A stretch of DNA of 64,000 nucleotides from Escherichia coli (GCF_024298765.1 NZ_CP101210.1), one strand, 5' to 3'. Numbered from the stretch's first letter, positions 1 through 16,548 are shown. Notes: generated by a model from the sequence alone, not told the origin. Made by a program: numbers and translations.

Positions 1-1109
1 CCAAACGCCTCTTTCATCCGATCCTCACTGACCACAAAGGCGCGAAGCTGGTCGGCATCATCAACACCGCGCGCCACCATTCCCTGGCGTTCGGTATTAA
101 TTTGCCAGCGTAAATCCTGACGCTGGGTTTCGCCTGCCAGATGCAGCGGTAATTCCGGCGTTTTGATTTTCACCAGCATCGCCGGGAGTTTCAGCGGCGT
201 GTTATTGCCGAGAAGATTTTTTGCCAGCACCATCGCGCTAAGTTGAATCGGCTGGAGGAACGGCAATACCTGACCGTTAATTTCCGCGCAATCGCCCAGC
301 GCATAAATATCGGCATTACTGGTTTGCAGATAACTATCGACGCAAACGCCGCGATTAATCGTCAGCCCGGCGCGTCGTGCCAGGGCGGTTTCCGGGCGCA
401 GTCCGGTGGCGGCAATTACCGCATCCACTTCGATGCTGCGCTGGCGGTCCAGCGTTGCCAGAATGCCAGAATCCGTTTTTTCCAGCCCCTGCAACTGAGA
501 TTTTAACAGCAGATGAACGCCCATCTCCGTCAACCGATGCTGCAAGCGGCTGCTTACTTCCGGTGGCATTAACGCTGCCAGAATACTGGCAGCGTTGTCG
601 ATTAGCGTGACCGCTTTGCCTGCACGACAAAAATCCATCGCCAGTTCGCTACCAATCAAGCCACCGCCAACAATCAACACGCGTCGGGCATTCCGCAGTT
701 GCGTTTCACAGGCGCGATACTCTTGCTGACTATTTAACGTCAGCATTAACTCACGCCCGGGCACTGGCGGGACAAAGGCGCTGGCACCGGTTGCCAGCAC
801 CAGCTTGTCGTATTGCCACTGATTATTCTGACTTTTCACCACATGGGCTTCGGCATCGATATCCGTTACCCAGGTGTGCGGAAACAGGCGCAGATTAAAC
901 TGCTCGGCAAATTCACCTGCCGTCTGGCGGGTAAGGTCGTCGGCACGTTGCCCCTGACTGATAACATGGCTGAGGTCAGGTTTGTTGTACTCATCCATGC
1001 TGTCGGCGGCAATCAGGGTTAATGGAATACTGGCGTCCTGTTTGCGAATATTTTTCACCAGTTGGCGGGCGGCGAAGCCCGAACCAATGATCACAATGCC
1101 GTTGCTCAT
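1..1109 (-). CDS. norW: NADH:flavorubredoxin reductase NorW, 3' end truncated by window start
   Basis: Reverse strand translation from ATG at ~1109 begins [14 protein letters not shown]; start overlaps norV stop (ATGA); synteny with norV/norR. Confidence 0.85.
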   Translation of the reverse strand, partial: MSNGIVIIGSGFAARQLVKNIRKQDASIPLTLIAADSMDEYNKPDLSHVISQGQRADDLTRQTAGEFAEQFNLRLFPHTWVTDIDAEAHVVKSQNNQWQYDKLVLATGASAFVPPVPGRELMLTLNSQQEYRACETQLRNARRVLIVGGGLIGSELAMDFCRAGKAVTLIDNAASILAALMPPEVSSRLQHRLTEMGVHLLLKSQLQGLEKTDSGILATLDRQRSIEVDAVIAATGLRPETALARRAGLTINRGVCVDSYLQTSNADIYALGDCAEINGQVLPFLQPIQLSAMVLAKNLLGNNTPLKLPAMLVKIKTPELPLHLAGETQRQDLRWQINTERQGMVARGVDDADQLRAFVVSEDRMKEAF

Positions 1110-2545
1110 TTTGCCTCCGATGCCAGTTCGTCAAAGACGTCTTTGCCGAGAGAGCATTCCGGGCACAGGAAGTTATCCGGGACTTCACGCCACGGCGTTC
1201 CTGGCGCAACGTCCTGCATTGGCTCGCCTTTTGCCGGATCGTAAATCCACTGGCAGACGCTGCATTGCATCCGTGGGCCGAGGTCAGCCGTCGTGGCGGC
1301 AGAGGTTTCTTCTTCAACCACCGTATTCACCGTGCTCTGTGGCAGCGGCGCGAGCGCCCACTGACGGGCGATTTCGCGACCGTGTTCACGACATAACTCC
1401 AGAGCGTCCTGGTCCGGTCGCCATTTGGCTTTCAGGCTAAGCGACATTTCGAAACCCGCATCCTGCAGGCGCGTGGAAAGACGATCCACCGCACCGCCGC
1501 TCCAGCCGTGAGAGCCGAAAGCGCTGGCGCGTTTGTTACGGAAGCGTAATCCGGTCATCTCCTCCACCAGCCCGGCGATTTTCGGCATCATCACGTTATT
1601 CATCGTCGAAGTGCCGACCAGCACGCCTTTTGAGCGGAAGACATTGGTCAGGATTTCGTTTTTATCGCTTCGGGCGACGTTGAAAATTTTCACCGCTACG
1701 CGTGGGTCGGTTTCCGCAATACCCTGGGCTATAGCATCGGCCATCATGCGGGTATTATTCGACATGGTGTCGTAGAAAATGGTGATTCTGTCTTCCTGAT
1801 AATCCGCCGCCCATTTCAGGTACAGCTCGACAATTTGCGTCGGGTTATCGCGCCATACCACGCCGTGAGAGGTCGCTATCATATCGACTGGTAAGTTAAA
1901 GCCCAGGATCTCGGTAATTTTCGGCGTTACCAGGCGGCTGAACGGCGTCAGGATATTGGCGTAGTAACGCTGGCACTGCTCGAAAAGCTCCGTCTGATCC
2001 ACTTCATCGTTGAACAGATGCTCGTCGCAGTAGTGCTGACCGAAAGCATCGTTACTGAACAGCACCGCGTCGCCTGTCAGGTAAGTCATCATGCTGTCCG
2101 GCCAGTGCAGCATTGGCGTTTCGACAAAAATGAGTTGTTTGCCGTTGCCGATATCCAGCGTGTCGCCAGTTTTCACTACATTAAAATTCCACTCCGGATG
2201 ATGGTGATGACCATTTATCGAGTCGATAGCGTTGGCAGTACAGTAGATCGGCGTATCGGGAATTTGTGCCATCAGTTCGGTCAGCGCCCCGGCGTGGTCC
2301 TCTTCAGCATGGTTAATTACGATGTAATCGATATCCGCCAGATCGATTTCATTACGCAGGTTCTGCACAAATTCGCGGCTGAATTTATGGTCGACGGTGT
2401 CGATCAGCACGTTTTTTTCTTCGCGGATGAGGTAGCTGTTGTAGCTGCTGCCGCGCAGCGTTTTATATTCTGTACCGTGAAAATCACGCACTTCCCAGTC
2501 ACGTTGACCAACCCAATGAATGTTATTTTTCACCACAATAGACAT
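1106..2545 (-). CDS. norV: Anaerobic nitric oxide reductase flavorubredoxin NorV
   Basis: 479-aa ORF; metallo-beta-lactamase-like, flavodoxin-like and C-terminal rubredoxin CxxC...CxxC; divergent from norR. Confidence 0.93.
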   Translation of the reverse strand: MSIVVKNNIHWVGQRDWEVRDFHGTEYKTLRGSSYNSYLIREEKNVLIDTVDHKFSREFVQNLRNEIDLADIDYIVINHAEEDHAGALTELMAQIPDTPIYCTANAIDSINGHHHHPEWNFNVVKTGDTLDIGNGKQLIFVETPMLHWPDSMMTYLTGDAVLFSNDAFGQHYCDEHLFNDEVDQTELFEQCQRYYANILTPFSRLVTPKITEILGFNLPVDMIATSHGVVWRDNPTQIVELYLKWAADYQEDRITIFYDTMSNNTRMMADAIAQGIAETDPRVAVKIFNVARSDKNEILTNVFRSKGVLVGTSTMNNVMMPKIAGLVEEMTGLRFRNKRASAFGSHGWSGGAVDRLSTRLQDAGFEMSLSLKAKWRPDQDALELCREHGREIARQWALAPLPQSTVNTVVEEETSAATTADLGPRMQCSVCQWIYDPAKGEPMQDVAPGTPWREVPDNFLCPECSLGKDVFDELASEAK

Positions 2546-2591
2546 AGCAACCTCAATTTATTCAGCGTGTTCTAAAAAGATGTCTTGCTAA

Positions 2592-2608
2592 TTGCAGATT
2601 GCGTGCCA
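2592..2608 (-). promoter_or_regulatory. sigma54 (-24/-12) promoter of norVW
   Basis: Reverse strand reads TGGCACGCAATCTGCAA (TGGCAC-N5-TTGCA class) upstream of norV. Confidence 0.7.
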
Positions 2609-2663
2609 GTTTTTTATCTAATTGTTTTTACTCTATAAATAAAATTGTGCTCATTAATGAGTA

Positions 2664-2719
2664 GTCAAAATGACTATCAATAAAATGGTCGATATGACAA
2701 TATCTATAGTCAAATTGAC
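2664..2719. promoter_or_regulatory. Three NorR enhancer binding sites (GT-N7-AC)
   Basis: gtcaaaatgac (2664-2674), gtcgatatgac (2688-2698), gtcaaattgac (2709-2719) in the norR-norV intergenic region. Confidence 0.75.
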
Positions 2720-2731
2720 AGTGAGGCAAAG

Positions 2732-4246
2732 ATGAGTTTTTCCGTTGATGTGCTGGCGAATATCGCCATCGAATTGCAGCGTGGGATTGGTCATCAGGAT
2801 CGTTTTCAGCGCCTGATCACCACGCTGCGTCAGGTGCTGGAGTGCGATGCGTCTGCGTTGCTACGTTACGACTCGCGGCAGTTTATTCCGCTTGCCATCG
2901 ACGGGCTGGCGAAGGATGTACTCGGTAGACGCTTTGCGCTGGAAGGTCATCCACGGCTGGAAGCGATTGCCCGCGCGGGTGATGTGGTGCGCTTTCCCGC
3001 AGACAGCGAATTGCCCGATCCTTATGACGGTTTGATTCCAGGGCAGGAGAGTCTGAAGGTTCACGCCTGCGTTGGTTTGCCGTTGTTTGCCGGGCAAAAC
3101 CTGATCGGTGCCTTGACGCTCGACGGGATGCAGCCCGATCAGTTCGATGTTTTCAGCGACGAAGAGCTACGGCTGATTGCCGCACTGGCGGCGGGAGCGT
3201 TAAGCAATGCATTGCTGATTGAACAACTGGAAAGCCAGAATATGCTGCCAGGCGATGCCGCGCCGTTTGAAGCGGTGAAACAGACGCAGATGATTGGTTT
3301 GTCCCCTGGCATGACGCAATTGAAAAAAGAGATTGAGATTGTGGCGGCATCCGATCTCAACGTTTTAATTAGCGGTGAGACGGGAACCGGTAAGGAGCTG
3401 GTGGCGAAAGCGATTCATGAAGCCTCGCCACGGGCGGTGAATCCGCTGGTCTATCTCAACTGTGCCGCACTGCCGGAAAGTGTGGCGGAAAGTGAGTTGT
3501 TCGGGCATGTGAAAGGGGCGTTTACTGGTGCTATCAGTAACCGCAGCGGGAAGTTTGAAATGGCGGATAACGGCACGCTGTTTCTCGATGAGATCGGCGA
3601 GTTGTCGTTGGCATTGCAGGCCAAGCTGCTGAGGGTGTTGCAGTATGGCGATATTCAACGCGTTGGCGATGACCGCAGTTTGCGGGTCGATGTGCGCGTG
3701 CTGGCGGCGACTAACCGTGACTTACGCGAAGAGGTACTGGCAGGGCGATTTCGCGCTGACTTGTTCCACCGCCTGAGCGTGTTTCCACTTTCAGTGCCGC
3801 CGCTGCGTGAGCGGGGCGATGATGTCATTCTGCTGGCGGGGTATTTCTGCGAGCAGTGTCGTTTGCGGCTGGGGCTCTCCCGAGTGGTATTAAGTGCCGG
3901 AGCGCGAAATTTACTGCAACACTACAATTTTCCGGGGAACGTTCGTGAACTGGAACATGCTATTCATCGGGCGGTAGTGCTGGCGAGAGCAACCCGCAGC
4001 GGCGATGAAGTGATTCTTGAGGCGCAACATTTTGCTTTTCCTGAGGTGACGTTGCCGCCGCCAGAAGCGGCGGCGGTGCCCGTTGTTAAGCAAAACCTGC
4101 GTGAAGCGACAGAAGCGTTCCAGCGTGAAACCATTCGTCAGGCACTGGCGCAAAATCATCACAACTGGGCCGCCTGTGCGCGGATGCTGGAAACCGACGT
4201 CGCCAACCTGCATCGGCTGGCGAAACGTCTGGGGCTGAAGGATTAA
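2732..4246 (+). CDS. norR: Sigma54-dependent NO-responsive transcriptional activator NorR
   Basis: 504-aa ORF; GAF N-terminus, AAA+ sigma54 activation domain ([14 protein letters not shown]), C-terminal HTH. Confidence 0.93.
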   Translation: MSFSVDVLANIAIELQRGIGHQDRFQRLITTLRQVLECDASALLRYDSRQFIPLAIDGLAKDVLGRRFALEGHPRLEAIARAGDVVRFPADSELPDPYDGLIPGQESLKVHACVGLPLFAGQNLIGALTLDGMQPDQFDVFSDEELRLIAALAAGALSNALLIEQLESQNMLPGDAAPFEAVKQTQMIGLSPGMTQLKKEIEIVAASDLNVLISGETGTGKELVAKAIHEASPRAVNPLVYLNCAALPESVAESELFGHVKGAFTGAISNRSGKFEMADNGTLFLDEIGELSLALQAKLLRVLQYGDIQRVGDDRSLRVDVRVLAATNRDLREEVLAGRFRADLFHRLSVFPLSVPPLRERGDDVILLAGYFCEQCRLRLGLSRVVLSAGARNLLQHYNFPGNVRELEHAIHRAVVLARATRSGDEVILEAQHFAFPEVTLPPPEAAAVPVVKQNLREATEAFQRETIRQALAQNHHNWAACARMLETDVANLHRLAKRLGLKD

Positions 4247-5208
4247 ATAATCCCGGCCTGATAGAAATCCTGCAGGTTAATTGCGCCGGTGAGTTTGCCG
4301 TTTTCATCCACTACCGGTGCGGCGGTGATTTTGCGTTTCATCAGGATTTCTTTGGCGTCGATGGCACGGCTTTGCGATTGCAACGTGGTGCCGCCGACCG
4401 TCATCGCTTCATTGACTGGCGTGGTGAGTGCGCCGCCGCCAACCAGCCAGCGACGTAAATCACCGTCGGTAAAGACGCCTTTCACCAGTCGTTGATCATC
4501 GCACACTGCCACCAGACCTAAACCGGTGCGGCTAAGTTCCAGCATCGCGTCCATCACGCTGGCGGTTAACGCCACCTGCGGGATGGCATCGTCACGACGC
4601 ATAAGATGATGCACTTTGTTCAGCAAGCGAGCGCCCAGTGCCCCGGCTGGGTGGGAGCGGGCAAAATCTTCTTCATTAAAACCACGCGCCTGCATGACTG
4701 CCATCGCCAGCGCGTCGCCCATCATCAGGGTATTCACGGTGCTGGAGGTCGGCGCAAGGTGCATCGGGCAGGCTTCGCGTTCTACGGAGATATCCAGCAC
4801 CGCTTTCGCCGCCAGGCCCAGCGGTGACGTCGGTTTTCCGGTCATTGCCAGCAGCGCGATAGATTTGTCTTCCAGACGCGGAATAATGAGATCCAGTTCC
4901 TTCGCGCCACCGGAATAAGAGATAAACAGCATCACATCGCGGCTTTCAATCATCCCCAGATCGCCGTGCAGTGCTTCTGCCGGATGGACAAAAAAAGCCG
5001 GTGTGCCGGTGCTGGCAAGCGTTGCGGCGATTTTCTTACCAATGTGGCCCGATTTGCCAATTCCCGAAACCACCACTTTGCCTTCGCAGTGCAGGATGAT
5101 ATTGGCGGCGCGAACGAAATCATCGCCCAGACGTTCCGGTAAATGGCTTGCTTCCTGCAACTCCAGCATTAACGTCTGACGTCCCGCGTTCAGTAGTGCT
5201 TCACTCAT
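4243..5208 (-). CDS. gutQ: Arabinose-5-phosphate isomerase GutQ (SIS + CBS domains)
   Basis: 321-aa ORF; SIS motif [13 protein letters not shown]; position at the end of the srl/gut operon. Confidence 0.9.
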   Translation of the reverse strand: MSEALLNAGRQTLMLELQEASHLPERLGDDFVRAANIILHCEGKVVVSGIGKSGHIGKKIAATLASTGTPAFFVHPAEALHGDLGMIESRDVMLFISYSGGAKELDLIIPRLEDKSIALLAMTGKPTSPLGLAAKAVLDISVEREACPMHLAPTSSTVNTLMMGDALAMAVMQARGFNEEDFARSHPAGALGARLLNKVHHLMRRDDAIPQVALTASVMDAMLELSRTGLGLVAVCDDQRLVKGVFTDGDLRRWLVGGGALTTPVNEAMTVGGTTLQSQSRAIDAKEILMKRKITAAPVVDENGKLTGAINLQDFYQAGII

Positions 5209-5974
5209 TGCTCTCTCCGGTTATGATCACGTCGATCCCTTTTTCTTCCAGCGCCTGACGAAACGCTGGATCGATACCTGCGTCGGTAATCAGCTTATCG
5301 ACGCTTTCAAGACTACAAACCACGTTGGGGCTTTTACGACCAAACTTCGATGAGTCAGCCATCAAAATCACTTCGCGCGCGGCATTACACATCGCCTTAC
5401 TGACGGTATAGACCTCGTTAAAGGTGGTTACGCCCGCATTGAGATCGATGCCGTCGGTGCCCATAAACAATTTATCGAAGGTGAAATGCTCGAAGGCATT
5501 CTCTGCCAGTTGCCCGTGAAATGAGGCCGATTTTTTGCGAAATGTTCCGCCTGGCATCAGGATAGTTTGTTCGTTATCCAGTTCGGATAGCGCATTGACG
5601 ATGTGCAGGCTGTTGGTCATCACCGTGATGTTATTAAAGCGCGATAGCAGAGGCACCATCTGCAACACGGTACTGCCAGCATCAAGAATTATTGAGTCGC
5701 CATCATGAATAAAACCAACGGCAGCTTCTGCAATCAGCTCTTTTTTGTGGGTGTTGATAAGCGTTTTATGATCGATAGGCGGATCGGATTCCTCTTTGTT
5801 CAACACCACGCCGCCATAAGTACGAATGACGGTTCCGGCATGTTCCAGAATGACCAGATCTTTGCGAATGGTTGTGCCTGTGGTGTCAAAGTATTGCGCC
5901 AATTCTTCAACCGAGCATTTACCCTGCTTTTGTAGATACTCCAGAATGGCGGCCTGACGCTGACGAGGTTTCAT
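5201..5974 (-). CDS. srlR: DeoR-family glucitol operon repressor
   Basis: 257-aa ORF; N-terminal HTH, DeoR-type C-terminal domain; synteny. Confidence 0.9.
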   Translation of the reverse strand: MKPRQRQAAILEYLQKQGKCSVEELAQYFDTTGTTIRKDLVILEHAGTVIRTYGGVVLNKEESDPPIDHKTLINTHKKELIAEAAVGFIHDGDSIILDAGSTVLQMVPLLSRFNNITVMTNSLHIVNALSELDNEQTILMPGGTFRKKSASFHGQLAENAFEHFTFDKLFMGTDGIDLNAGVTTFNEVYTVSKAMCNAAREVILMADSSKFGRKSPNVVCSLESVDKLITDAGIDPAFRQALEEKGIDVIITGESNE

Positions 5975-6040
5975 GGGCGTGATTACCTGATTTAGGTTTC
6001 AAAATGATAACTTCGCAAGCAAGTAACATTCACAACGAAA

Positions 6041-6400
6041 TTATCCACGTTTCAGTTTAAGCGCCAATGATAGAGCATTCTGTGATAGTGGATCATGGGG
6101 AAAGATCACATCGGGCTGTAAATCACCCGCATGCATGCCGGTAATTGCGGGAATTTTTTGCGGTCGGGCGAAGACGGTCAGTCCTTTCATAAACAAGGTG
6201 TCGACGATGCGCTGCTGATCGTCCAGCGCAATAGCGACCACGACCCGCGGTTTAAAGCGCCCGCTGGAACGGCCCACGCCAACCCTCCCTTGCTGGCATA
6301 GCGTGTCGAAGGCACGGTTAAAACGAGAAATTTGCCAACCGCCTAAGGCCAGTTGCGCACACCAGGCGATAACGGCGACGGTGATGAGTGCGGATACCAT
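6041..6400 (-). CDS. gutM: Glucitol operon activator GutM
   Basis: 119-aa ORF between srlD and srlR; synteny. Confidence 0.85.
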   Translation of the reverse strand: MVSALITVAVIAWCAQLALGGWQISRFNRAFDTLCQQGRVGVGRSSGRFKPRVVVAIALDDQQRIVDTLFMKGLTVFARPQKIPAITGMHAGDLQPDVIFPHDPLSQNALSLALKLKRG

Positions 6401-6431
6401 AACTTCTCCGTAATGTAGTGGCGGAAGTCCT

Positions 6432-6460
6432 GTAGGCCTGATAAGCGTAGCGCATCAGGC
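6432..6460. repeat. REP (repetitive extragenic palindromic) element
   Basis: gtaggcctgataagcgtagcgcatcaggc palindromic unit in the gutM-srlD spacer. Confidence 0.7.
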
Positions 6461-6505
6461 ATTCTATTAGTCGCGCGGAGATCCTTAACGGATCTCCGCT
6501 GTTAA

Positions 6506-7660
<1,155 letters not shown>

Positions 7661-7670
7661 GTTTCAGCCT

Positions 7671-9208
<1,538 letters not shown>

Positions 9209-9445
9209 TTATTGTTTTATTACCAAACGGCAACCTAATCTAATCAGATTGAAAGATTTAAAAGTGTTATTTTGATCGCAAAATGAAAGATAAATATTTT
9301 AATTTGAAAGTTTGAGTAAAAGGATAGCGAGGAGAATGAGTTGAGTTATGTAAAGTCCGTATCGGGCAGTGACTACCGCTTCCTTGTGCGGGGCGTGATG
9401 CTTTACCATACTTGCCCTTGGTTGAATCTGTTAAATGGACCCCTC

Positions 9446-10531
9446 ATGTTCAAGCGTCGTTATGTAACATTGCTTCCCCTTTTTGTGTTGCTTGCCGCCT
9501 GTAGCAGCAAGCCAAAACCTACTGAGACTGAAACGACCACCGGAACGCCGTCTGGCGGCTTCCTGCTTGAGCCGCAGCACAATGTGATGCAGATGGGCGG
9601 CGATTTCGCTAATAACCCGAATGCCCAGCAGTTCATCGACAAAATGGTGAACAAACACGGTTTCGATCGTCAGCAGTTGCAGGAAATTCTCTCCCAGGCG
9701 AAACGTCTGGATTCGGTACTGCGGCTGATGGATAACCAGGCACCAACGACATCGGTGAAACCGCCATCAGGTCCGAACGGCGCATGGCTGCGTTATCGCA
9801 AAAAATTTATTACGCCGGACAATGTACAGAACGGTGTGGTTTTCTGGAATCAGTATGAAGATGCGTTGAATCGCGCGTGGCAGGTGTATGGCGTACCGCC
9901 GGAAATTATCGTCGGGATTATCGGCGTTGAAACCCGCTGGGGGCGCGTGATGGGGAAAACTCGCATCCTCGATGCGCTGGCAACGCTGTCATTTAACTAC
10001 CCACGCCGCGCGGAGTATTTCTCTGGCGAGCTGGAAACCTTCCTGTTGATGGCGCGCGACGAGCAGGACGATCCGCTCAATCTGAAAGGTTCCTTTGCCG
10101 GGGCGATGGGCTACGGACAGTTTATGCCGTCGTCTTACAAACAATATGCAGTGGATTTCAGCGGCGATGGGCATATCAACCTGTGGGATCCGGTTGATGC
10201 GATCGGTAGCGTGGCGAACTATTTCAAAGCGCACGGCTGGGTGAAAGGCGATCAGGTCGCGGTAATGGCAAACGGTCAGGCTCCAGGCTTGCCAAATGGC
10301 TTCAAAACCAGGTACAGCATTTCGCAGCTTGCCGCGGCAGGTTTAACGCCACAGCAGCCGCTGGGCAACCATCAACAAGCCAGCCTGCTGCGTCTGGATG
10401 TCGGTACCGGTTACCAGTACTGGTACGGTCTGCCGAACTTCTACACCATTACCCGTTATAACCACAGCACCCATTACGCAATGGCGGTCTGGCAGTTAGG
10501 ACAAGCCGTGGCGCTGGCGCGCGTGCAGTAA
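9446..10531 (+). CDS. mltB: Membrane-bound lytic murein transglycosylase B
   Basis: ORF 9341-10531; start placed at MFKRRYVTLLPLFVLLAAC (lipobox) to give 361 aa. Confidence 0.88.
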   Translation: MFKRRYVTLLPLFVLLAACSSKPKPTETETTTGTPSGGFLLEPQHNVMQMGGDFANNPNAQQFIDKMVNKHGFDRQQLQEILSQAKRLDSVLRLMDNQAPTTSVKPPSGPNGAWLRYRKKFITPDNVQNGVVFWNQYEDALNRAWQVYGVPPEIIVGIIGVETRWGRVMGKTRILDALATLSFNYPRRAEYFSGELETFLLMARDEQDDPLNLKGSFAGAMGYGQFMPSSYKQYAVDFSGDGHINLWDPVDAIGSVANYFKAHGWVKGDQVAVMANGQAPGLPNGFKTRYSISQLAAAGLTPQQPLGNHQQASLLRLDVGTGYQYWYGLPNFYTITRYNHSTHYAMAVWQLGQAVALARVQ

Positions 10532-10675
10532 CTATTTGCAAGAGGGGGGCGTGAGCTTCCCTCTGGCTAATCAGCTTTTTTCTGAATCCTCCTCGTAAAA
10601 TTGCAACGCCAACACCATCTTCCTGACGAAAGTGCTATCTTGTCCGGCATAAATTTTTGACTGACAGAGGTTGTG

Positions 10676-11173
10676 ATGACTGACAGTGAACTGATGCAGT
10701 TAAGCGAACAGGTTGGGCAGGCGCTGAAAGCCCGTGGCGCAACCGTAACAACTGCTGAGTCTTGTACCGGCGGTTGGGTAGCGAAAGTGATTACCGATAT
10801 TGCCGGCAGTTCCGCCTGGTTTGAACGCGGATTTGTCACCTACAGTAACGAAGCGAAAGCGCAAATGATCGGAGTACGCGAAGAGACGCTGGCGCAGCAT
10901 GGCGCGGTGAGCGAACCCGTCGTGGTGGAAATGGCGATAGGCGCACTGAAAGCGGCTCGTGCTGATTACGCCGTGTCTATTAGTGGTATCGCCGGGCCGG
11001 ATGGCGGCAGTGAAGAGAAGCCTGTCGGCACCGTCTGGTTTGCTTTTGCCACTGCCCGCGGTGAAGGCATTACCCGGCGGGAATGCTTCAGCGGCGACCG
11101 TGATGCGGTGCGCCGTCAGGCTACTGCGTATGCATTGCAGACCTTGTGGCAACAATTTCTACAAAACACTTGA
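10676..11173 (+). CDS. pncC: NMN amidohydrolase PncC (CinA C-terminal domain family)
   Basis: 165-aa ORF immediately upstream of recA; synteny. Confidence 0.88.
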   Translation: MTDSELMQLSEQVGQALKARGATVTTAESCTGGWVAKVITDIAGSSAWFERGFVTYSNEAKAQMIGVREETLAQHGAVSEPVVVEMAIGALKAARADYAVSISGIAGPDGGSEEKPVGTVWFAFATARGEGITRRECFSGDRDAVRRQATAYALQTLWQQFLQNT

Positions 11174-12314
<1,141 letters not shown>

Positions 12315-12334
12315 TCGTCTTGTTTGATACACAA

Positions 12335-12365
12335 GGGTCGCATCTGCGGCCCTTTTGCTTTTTAA
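12335..12365 (+). terminator. Rho-independent terminator downstream of recA
   Basis: GC-rich hairpin gggtcgcatctgcggccc followed by T-rich tract. Confidence 0.6.
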
Positions 12366-12381
12366 GTTGTAAGGATATGCC

Positions 12382-12882
12382 ATGACAGAATCAACGTCCC
12401 GTCGCCCGGCATATGCTCGCCTGTTGGATCGTGCGGTACGCATTCTGGCGGTGCGCGATCACAGTGAGCAAGAACTGCGACGTAAACTCGCGGCACCGAT
12501 TATGGGCAAAAATGGCCCAGAAGAGATTGATGCTACGGCAGAAGATTACGAGCGCGTTATTGCCTGGTGCCATGAACATGGCTATCTCGATGACAGCCGA
12601 TTTGTTGCGCGCTTTATCGCCAGCCGTAGCCGCAAAGGTTATGGACCTGCGCGTATTCGCCAGGAACTGAATCAGAAAGGTATTTCCCGCGAAGCGACAG
12701 AAAAAGCGATGCGTGAATGTGACATCGACTGGTGCGCACTGGCGCGCGATCAGGCGACGCGAAAATATGGTGAACCTTTGCCAACTGTCTTTTCAGAAAA
12801 AGTTAAGATCCAGCGTTTTCTGCTCTATCGTGGCTATCTGATGGAAGATATCCAGGATATTTGGCGAAATTTTGCCGACTGA
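12382..12882 (+). CDS. recX: RecA regulator RecX
   Basis: 166-aa ORF immediately downstream of recA; synteny. Confidence 0.93.
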   Translation: MTESTSRRPAYARLLDRAVRILAVRDHSEQELRRKLAAPIMGKNGPEEIDATAEDYERVIAWCHEHGYLDDSRFVARFIASRSRKGYGPARIRQELNQKGISREATEKAMRECDIDWCALARDQATRKYGEPLPTVFSEKVKIQRFLLYRGYLMEDIQDIWRNFAD

Positions 12883-13009
12883 ACGCATACGGTATTTTAC
12901 TTCCCAGTCAAGAAAACTTATCTTATTCCCACTTTTCAGTTACCAGCCCGGCGGTTAAGACACGCTGGAGCTGGTGGCGATATTTCGTTAGCTTGATTTC
13001 AGGATAATT

Positions 13010-15640
13010 ATGAGCAAGAGCACCGCTGAGATCCGTCAGGCGTTTCTCGACTTTTTCCATAGTAAGGGACATCAGGTAGTTGCCAGCAGCTCCCTGGTAC
13101 CCCATAACGACCCAACTTTGTTGTTTACCAACGCCGGGATGAACCAGTTCAAGGATGTGTTCCTTGGGCTCGACAAGCGTAATTATTCCCGCGCTACCAC
13201 TTCCCAACGCTGCGTGCGTGCGGGTGGTAAACACAACGACCTGGAAAACGTCGGTTACACCGCGCGTCACCATACCTTCTTCGAAATGCTGGGCAACTTC
13301 AGCTTCGGCGACTATTTCAAACACGATGCCATTCAGTTTGCATGGGAACTGCTGACCAGCGAAAAATGGTTTGCCCTGCCGAAAGAGCGTCTGTGGGTTA
13401 CCGTCTATGAAAGCGACGACGAAGCCTACGAAATCTGGGAAAAAGAAGTAGGGATCCCGCGCGAACGTATTATTCGCATCGGCGATAACAAAGGTGCGCC
13501 ATACGCATCTGACAACTTCTGGCAGATGGGTGACACTGGTCCGTGCGGCCCGTGCACCGAAATCTTCTACGATCACGGCGACCACATTTGGGGTGGCCCT
13601 CCGGGAAGTCCGGAAGAAGACGGCGACCGCTACATTGAGATCTGGAACATCGTCTTCATGCAGTTCAACCGCCAGGCCGATGGCACGATGGAACCGCTGC
13701 CGAAGCCGTCTGTAGATACCGGTATGGGTCTGGAGCGTATTGCTGCGGTGCTGCAACACGTTAACTCTAACTATGACATCGACCTGTTCCGCACGTTGAT
13801 CCAGGCGGTAGCGAAAGTCACTGGCGCAACCGATCTGAGCAATAAATCGCTGCGCGTAATCGCTGACCACATTCGTTCTTGTGCCTTCCTGATCGCGGAT
13901 GGCGTAATGCCGTCCAATGAAAACCGTGGTTATGTACTGCGTCGTATCATTCGTCGCGCAGTGCGTCACGGTAATATGCTCGGCGCGAAAGAAACCTTCT
14001 TCTACAAACTGGTTGGTCCGCTGATCGACGTTATGGGCTCTGCGGGTGAAGACCTGAAACGCCAGCAGGCGCAGGTTGAGCAGGTGCTGAAGACTGAAGA
14101 AGAGCAGTTTGCTCGTACTCTGGAGCGCGGTCTGGCGTTGCTGGATGAAGAGCTGGCAAAACTTTCTGGTGATACGCTGGATGGTGAAACTGCTTTCCGT
14201 CTGTACGACACCTATGGCTTCCCGGTTGACCTGACGGCTGACGTTTGTCGTGAGCGCAACATCAAAGTTGACGAAGCTGGTTTTGAAGCAGCAATGGAAG
14301 AGCAGCGTCGTCGCGCGCGCGAAGCCAGCGGCTTTGGTGCCGATTACAACGCAATGATCCGTGTTGACAGTGCATCTGAATTTAAAGGCTATGACCATCT
14401 GGAACTGAACGGCAAAGTGACCGCGCTGTTTGTTGATGGTAAAGCGGTTGATGCCATCAATGCAGGCCAGGAAGCTGTGGTCGTGCTGGATCAAACGCCA
14501 TTCTATGCGGAATCCGGCGGTCAGGTTGGTGATAAAGGCGAACTGAAAGGCGCTAACTTCTCCTTCGTGGTGGAAGATACGCAGAAATACGGCCAGGCGA
14601 TTGGTCACATCGGTAAACTTGCTGCGGGTTCTCTGAAAGTGGGCGACGCTGTGCAGGCTGATGTTGATGAGGCTCGTCGCGCCCGTATTCGTCTGAATCA
14701 CTCCGCAACGCACCTGATGCACGCTGCGCTGCGCCAGGTTCTGGGTACTCATGTATCGCAGAAAGGTTCACTGGTTAACGACAAGGTGCTGCGCTTCGAC
14801 TTCTCACACAACGAAGCGATGAAACCGGAAGAGATTCGTGCGGTCGAAGACCTGGTGAACGCACAGATTCGTCGCAATTTGCCGATCGAAACCAACATCA
14901 TGGATCTCGAAGCGGCGAAAGCGAAAGGTGCGATGGCGCTGTTCGGCGAGAAGTATGATGAGCGCGTACGCGTGCTGAGCATGGGCGATTTCTCCACCGA
15001 GCTGTGTGGCGGTACTCACGCCAGCCGCACTGGTGATATTGGTCTGTTCCGCATCATCTCTGAATCGGGTACTGCTGCAGGCGTTCGTCGTATTGAAGCG
15101 GTAACCGGAGAAGGCGCTATCGCCACCGTTCATGCAGACAGCGATCGCTTAAGCGAAGTCGCACATCTGCTGAAAGGCGATAGCAATAATCTGGCTGATA
15201 AAGTGCGCTCAGTACTGGAACGTACGCGTCAGTTAGAAAAAGAACTACAACAGCTTAAAGAACAAGCTGCCGCACAGGAGAGCGCAAATCTTTCCAGTAA
15301 GGCAATTGATGTTAATGGTGTTAAGCTGTTGGTTAGCGAGCTTAGCGGTGTTGAGCCGAAAATGTTGCGTACCATGGTTGACGATTTAAAAAATCAGCTG
15401 GGGTCGACAATTATCGTGCTGGCAACGGTAGCCGAAGGTAAGGTTTCTCTGATTGCAGGCGTATCTAAGGACGTCACAGATCGTGTGAAAGCAGGGGAAC
15501 TGATTGGTATGGTCGCTCAGCAGGTGGGCGGCAAGGGTGGTGGACGTCCTGACATGGCGCAAGCCGGTGGTACGGATGCTGCGGCCTTACCTGCAGCGTT
15601 AGCCAGTGTGAAAGGCTGGGTCAGCGCGAAATTGCAATAA
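13010..15640 (+). CDS. alaS: Alanine--tRNA ligase
   Basis: 876-aa ORF; class II aaRS motifs; synteny recX-alaS-csrA. Confidence 0.97.
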   Translation: MSKSTAEIRQAFLDFFHSKGHQVVASSSLVPHNDPTLLFTNAGMNQFKDVFLGLDKRNYSRATTSQRCVRAGGKHNDLENVGYTARHHTFFEMLGNFSFGDYFKHDAIQFAWELLTSEKWFALPKERLWVTVYESDDEAYEIWEKEVGIPRERIIRIGDNKGAPYASDNFWQMGDTGPCGPCTEIFYDHGDHIWGGPPGSPEEDGDRYIEIWNIVFMQFNRQADGTMEPLPKPSVDTGMGLERIAAVLQHVNSNYDIDLFRTLIQAVAKVTGATDLSNKSLRVIADHIRSCAFLIADGVMPSNENRGYVLRRIIRRAVRHGNMLGAKETFFYKLVGPLIDVMGSAGEDLKRQQAQVEQVLKTEEEQFARTLERGLALLDEELAKLSGDTLDGETAFRLYDTYGFPVDLTADVCRERNIKVDEAGFEAAMEEQRRRAREASGFGADYNAMIRVDSASEFKGYDHLELNGKVTALFVDGKAVDAINAGQEAVVVLDQTPFYAESGGQVGDKGELKGANFSFVVEDTQKYGQAIGHIGKLAAGSLKVGDAVQADVDEARRARIRLNHSATHLMHAALRQVLGTHVSQKGSLVNDKVLRFDFSHNEAMKPEEIRAVEDLVNAQIRRNLPIETNIMDLEAAKAKGAMALFGEKYDERVRVLSMGDFSTELCGGTHASRTGDIGLFRIISESGTAAGVRRIEAVTGEGAIATVHADSDRLSEVAHLLKGDSNNLADKVRSVLERTRQLEKELQQLKEQAAAQESANLSSKAIDVNGVKLLVSELSGVEPKMLRTMVDDLKNQLGSTIIVLATVAEGKVSLIAGVSKDVTDRVKAGELIGMVAQQVGGKGGGRPDMAQAGGTDAAALPAALASVKGWVSAKLQ

Positions 15641-15874
15641 TATAAGCGTAAGGCAATGCCGTGGACTCGCTTCACGGCATTCGCATTAACGCTATCGACA
15701 ACGATAAAGTCAGGTTGAAGTTGTGTATATCGGCTAAACTTAGGTTTAACAGAATGTAATGCCATGACTGCTTAGATGTAATGTGTTTGTCATTGCTTAC
15801 TTTTTGGCGTTATATGATGGATAATGCCGGGATACAGAGAGACCCGACTCTTTTAATCTTTCAAGGAGCAAAGA

Positions 15875-16060
15875 ATGCTGATTCTGACTCGTCGAGTTGG
15901 TGAGACCCTCATGATTGGGGATGAGGTCACCGTGACAGTTTTAGGGGTAAAGGGCAACCAGGTACGTATTGGCGTAAATGCCCCGAAGGAAGTTTCTGTT
16001 CACCGTGAAGAGATCTACCAGCGTATCCAGGCTGAAAAATCCCAGCAGTCCAGTTACTAA
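15875..16060 (+). CDS. csrA: Carbon storage regulator CsrA
   Basis: 61-aa [51 protein letters not shown]... Confidence 0.98.
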
Positions 16061-16375
16061 TCTTTCCGCGTCTCATCTTTATCGGTGAGACGCACCCTCA
16101 AAATTTCTCCTTCACTCTATAGTCTTTTCGCTTTACTCCCGTTCATTCAACTTAAGTCTCCATTTTTTTACATTACTGCTATCTGTCAGACCTCCATTTT
16201 TCTGTTGATAAAACACTCTTTTTGACGTTTTTACAGACTAATTGAACGTGAAGTGTGCAAACGATAAAAGTGTGGGAAAAATTGTTTGACTTATAAGTCT
16301 CAGAAAGTAATATGTGCGCCACGCAGCGACGATGAGCGATAAACAAGTTCTTCGAAGCACTCGTAAGAGGCGTGT

Positions 16376-16468
16376 GGTGAGGTGGCCGAGAGGCTGAAGG
16401 CGCTCCCCTGCTAAGGGAGTATGCGGTCAAAAGCTGCATCCGGGGTTCGAATCCCCGCCTCACCGCCA
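16376..16468 (+). tRNA. serV: tRNA-Ser (anticodon GCU)
   Basis: 93-nt sequence GGTGAGGTGGCCGAGAGG...CCGCCTCACCGCCA with long variable arm; anticodon loop CT-GCT-AA. Confidence 0.92.
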
Positions 16469-16471
16469 TTT

Positions 16472-16548
16472 GCATCCGTAGCTCAGCTGGATAGAGTACT
16501 CGGCTACGAACCGAGCGGTCGGAGGTTCGAATCCTCCCGGATGCACCA
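16472..16548 (+). tRNA. argV: tRNA-Arg (anticodon ACG), copy 1
   Basis: 77-nt GCATCCGTAGCTCAGCTGGATAGAGTACTCGGCTACGAACCGAGCGGTCGGAGGTTCGAATCCTCCCGGATGCACCA. Confidence 0.93.

Noticed and set aside
243-630. Short ORFs on both strands within the first 1 kb
   Set aside because: All lie inside the norW coding region, which reads cleanly on the reverse strand from its ATG at ~1109.
12923-14752. 609-aa ORF on the reverse strand inside alaS
   Set aside because: Fully antisense to the conserved alanyl-tRNA synthetase gene; composition is skewed (N/T/R/Q/F-rich) and no independent signals; treated as an antisense artefact.
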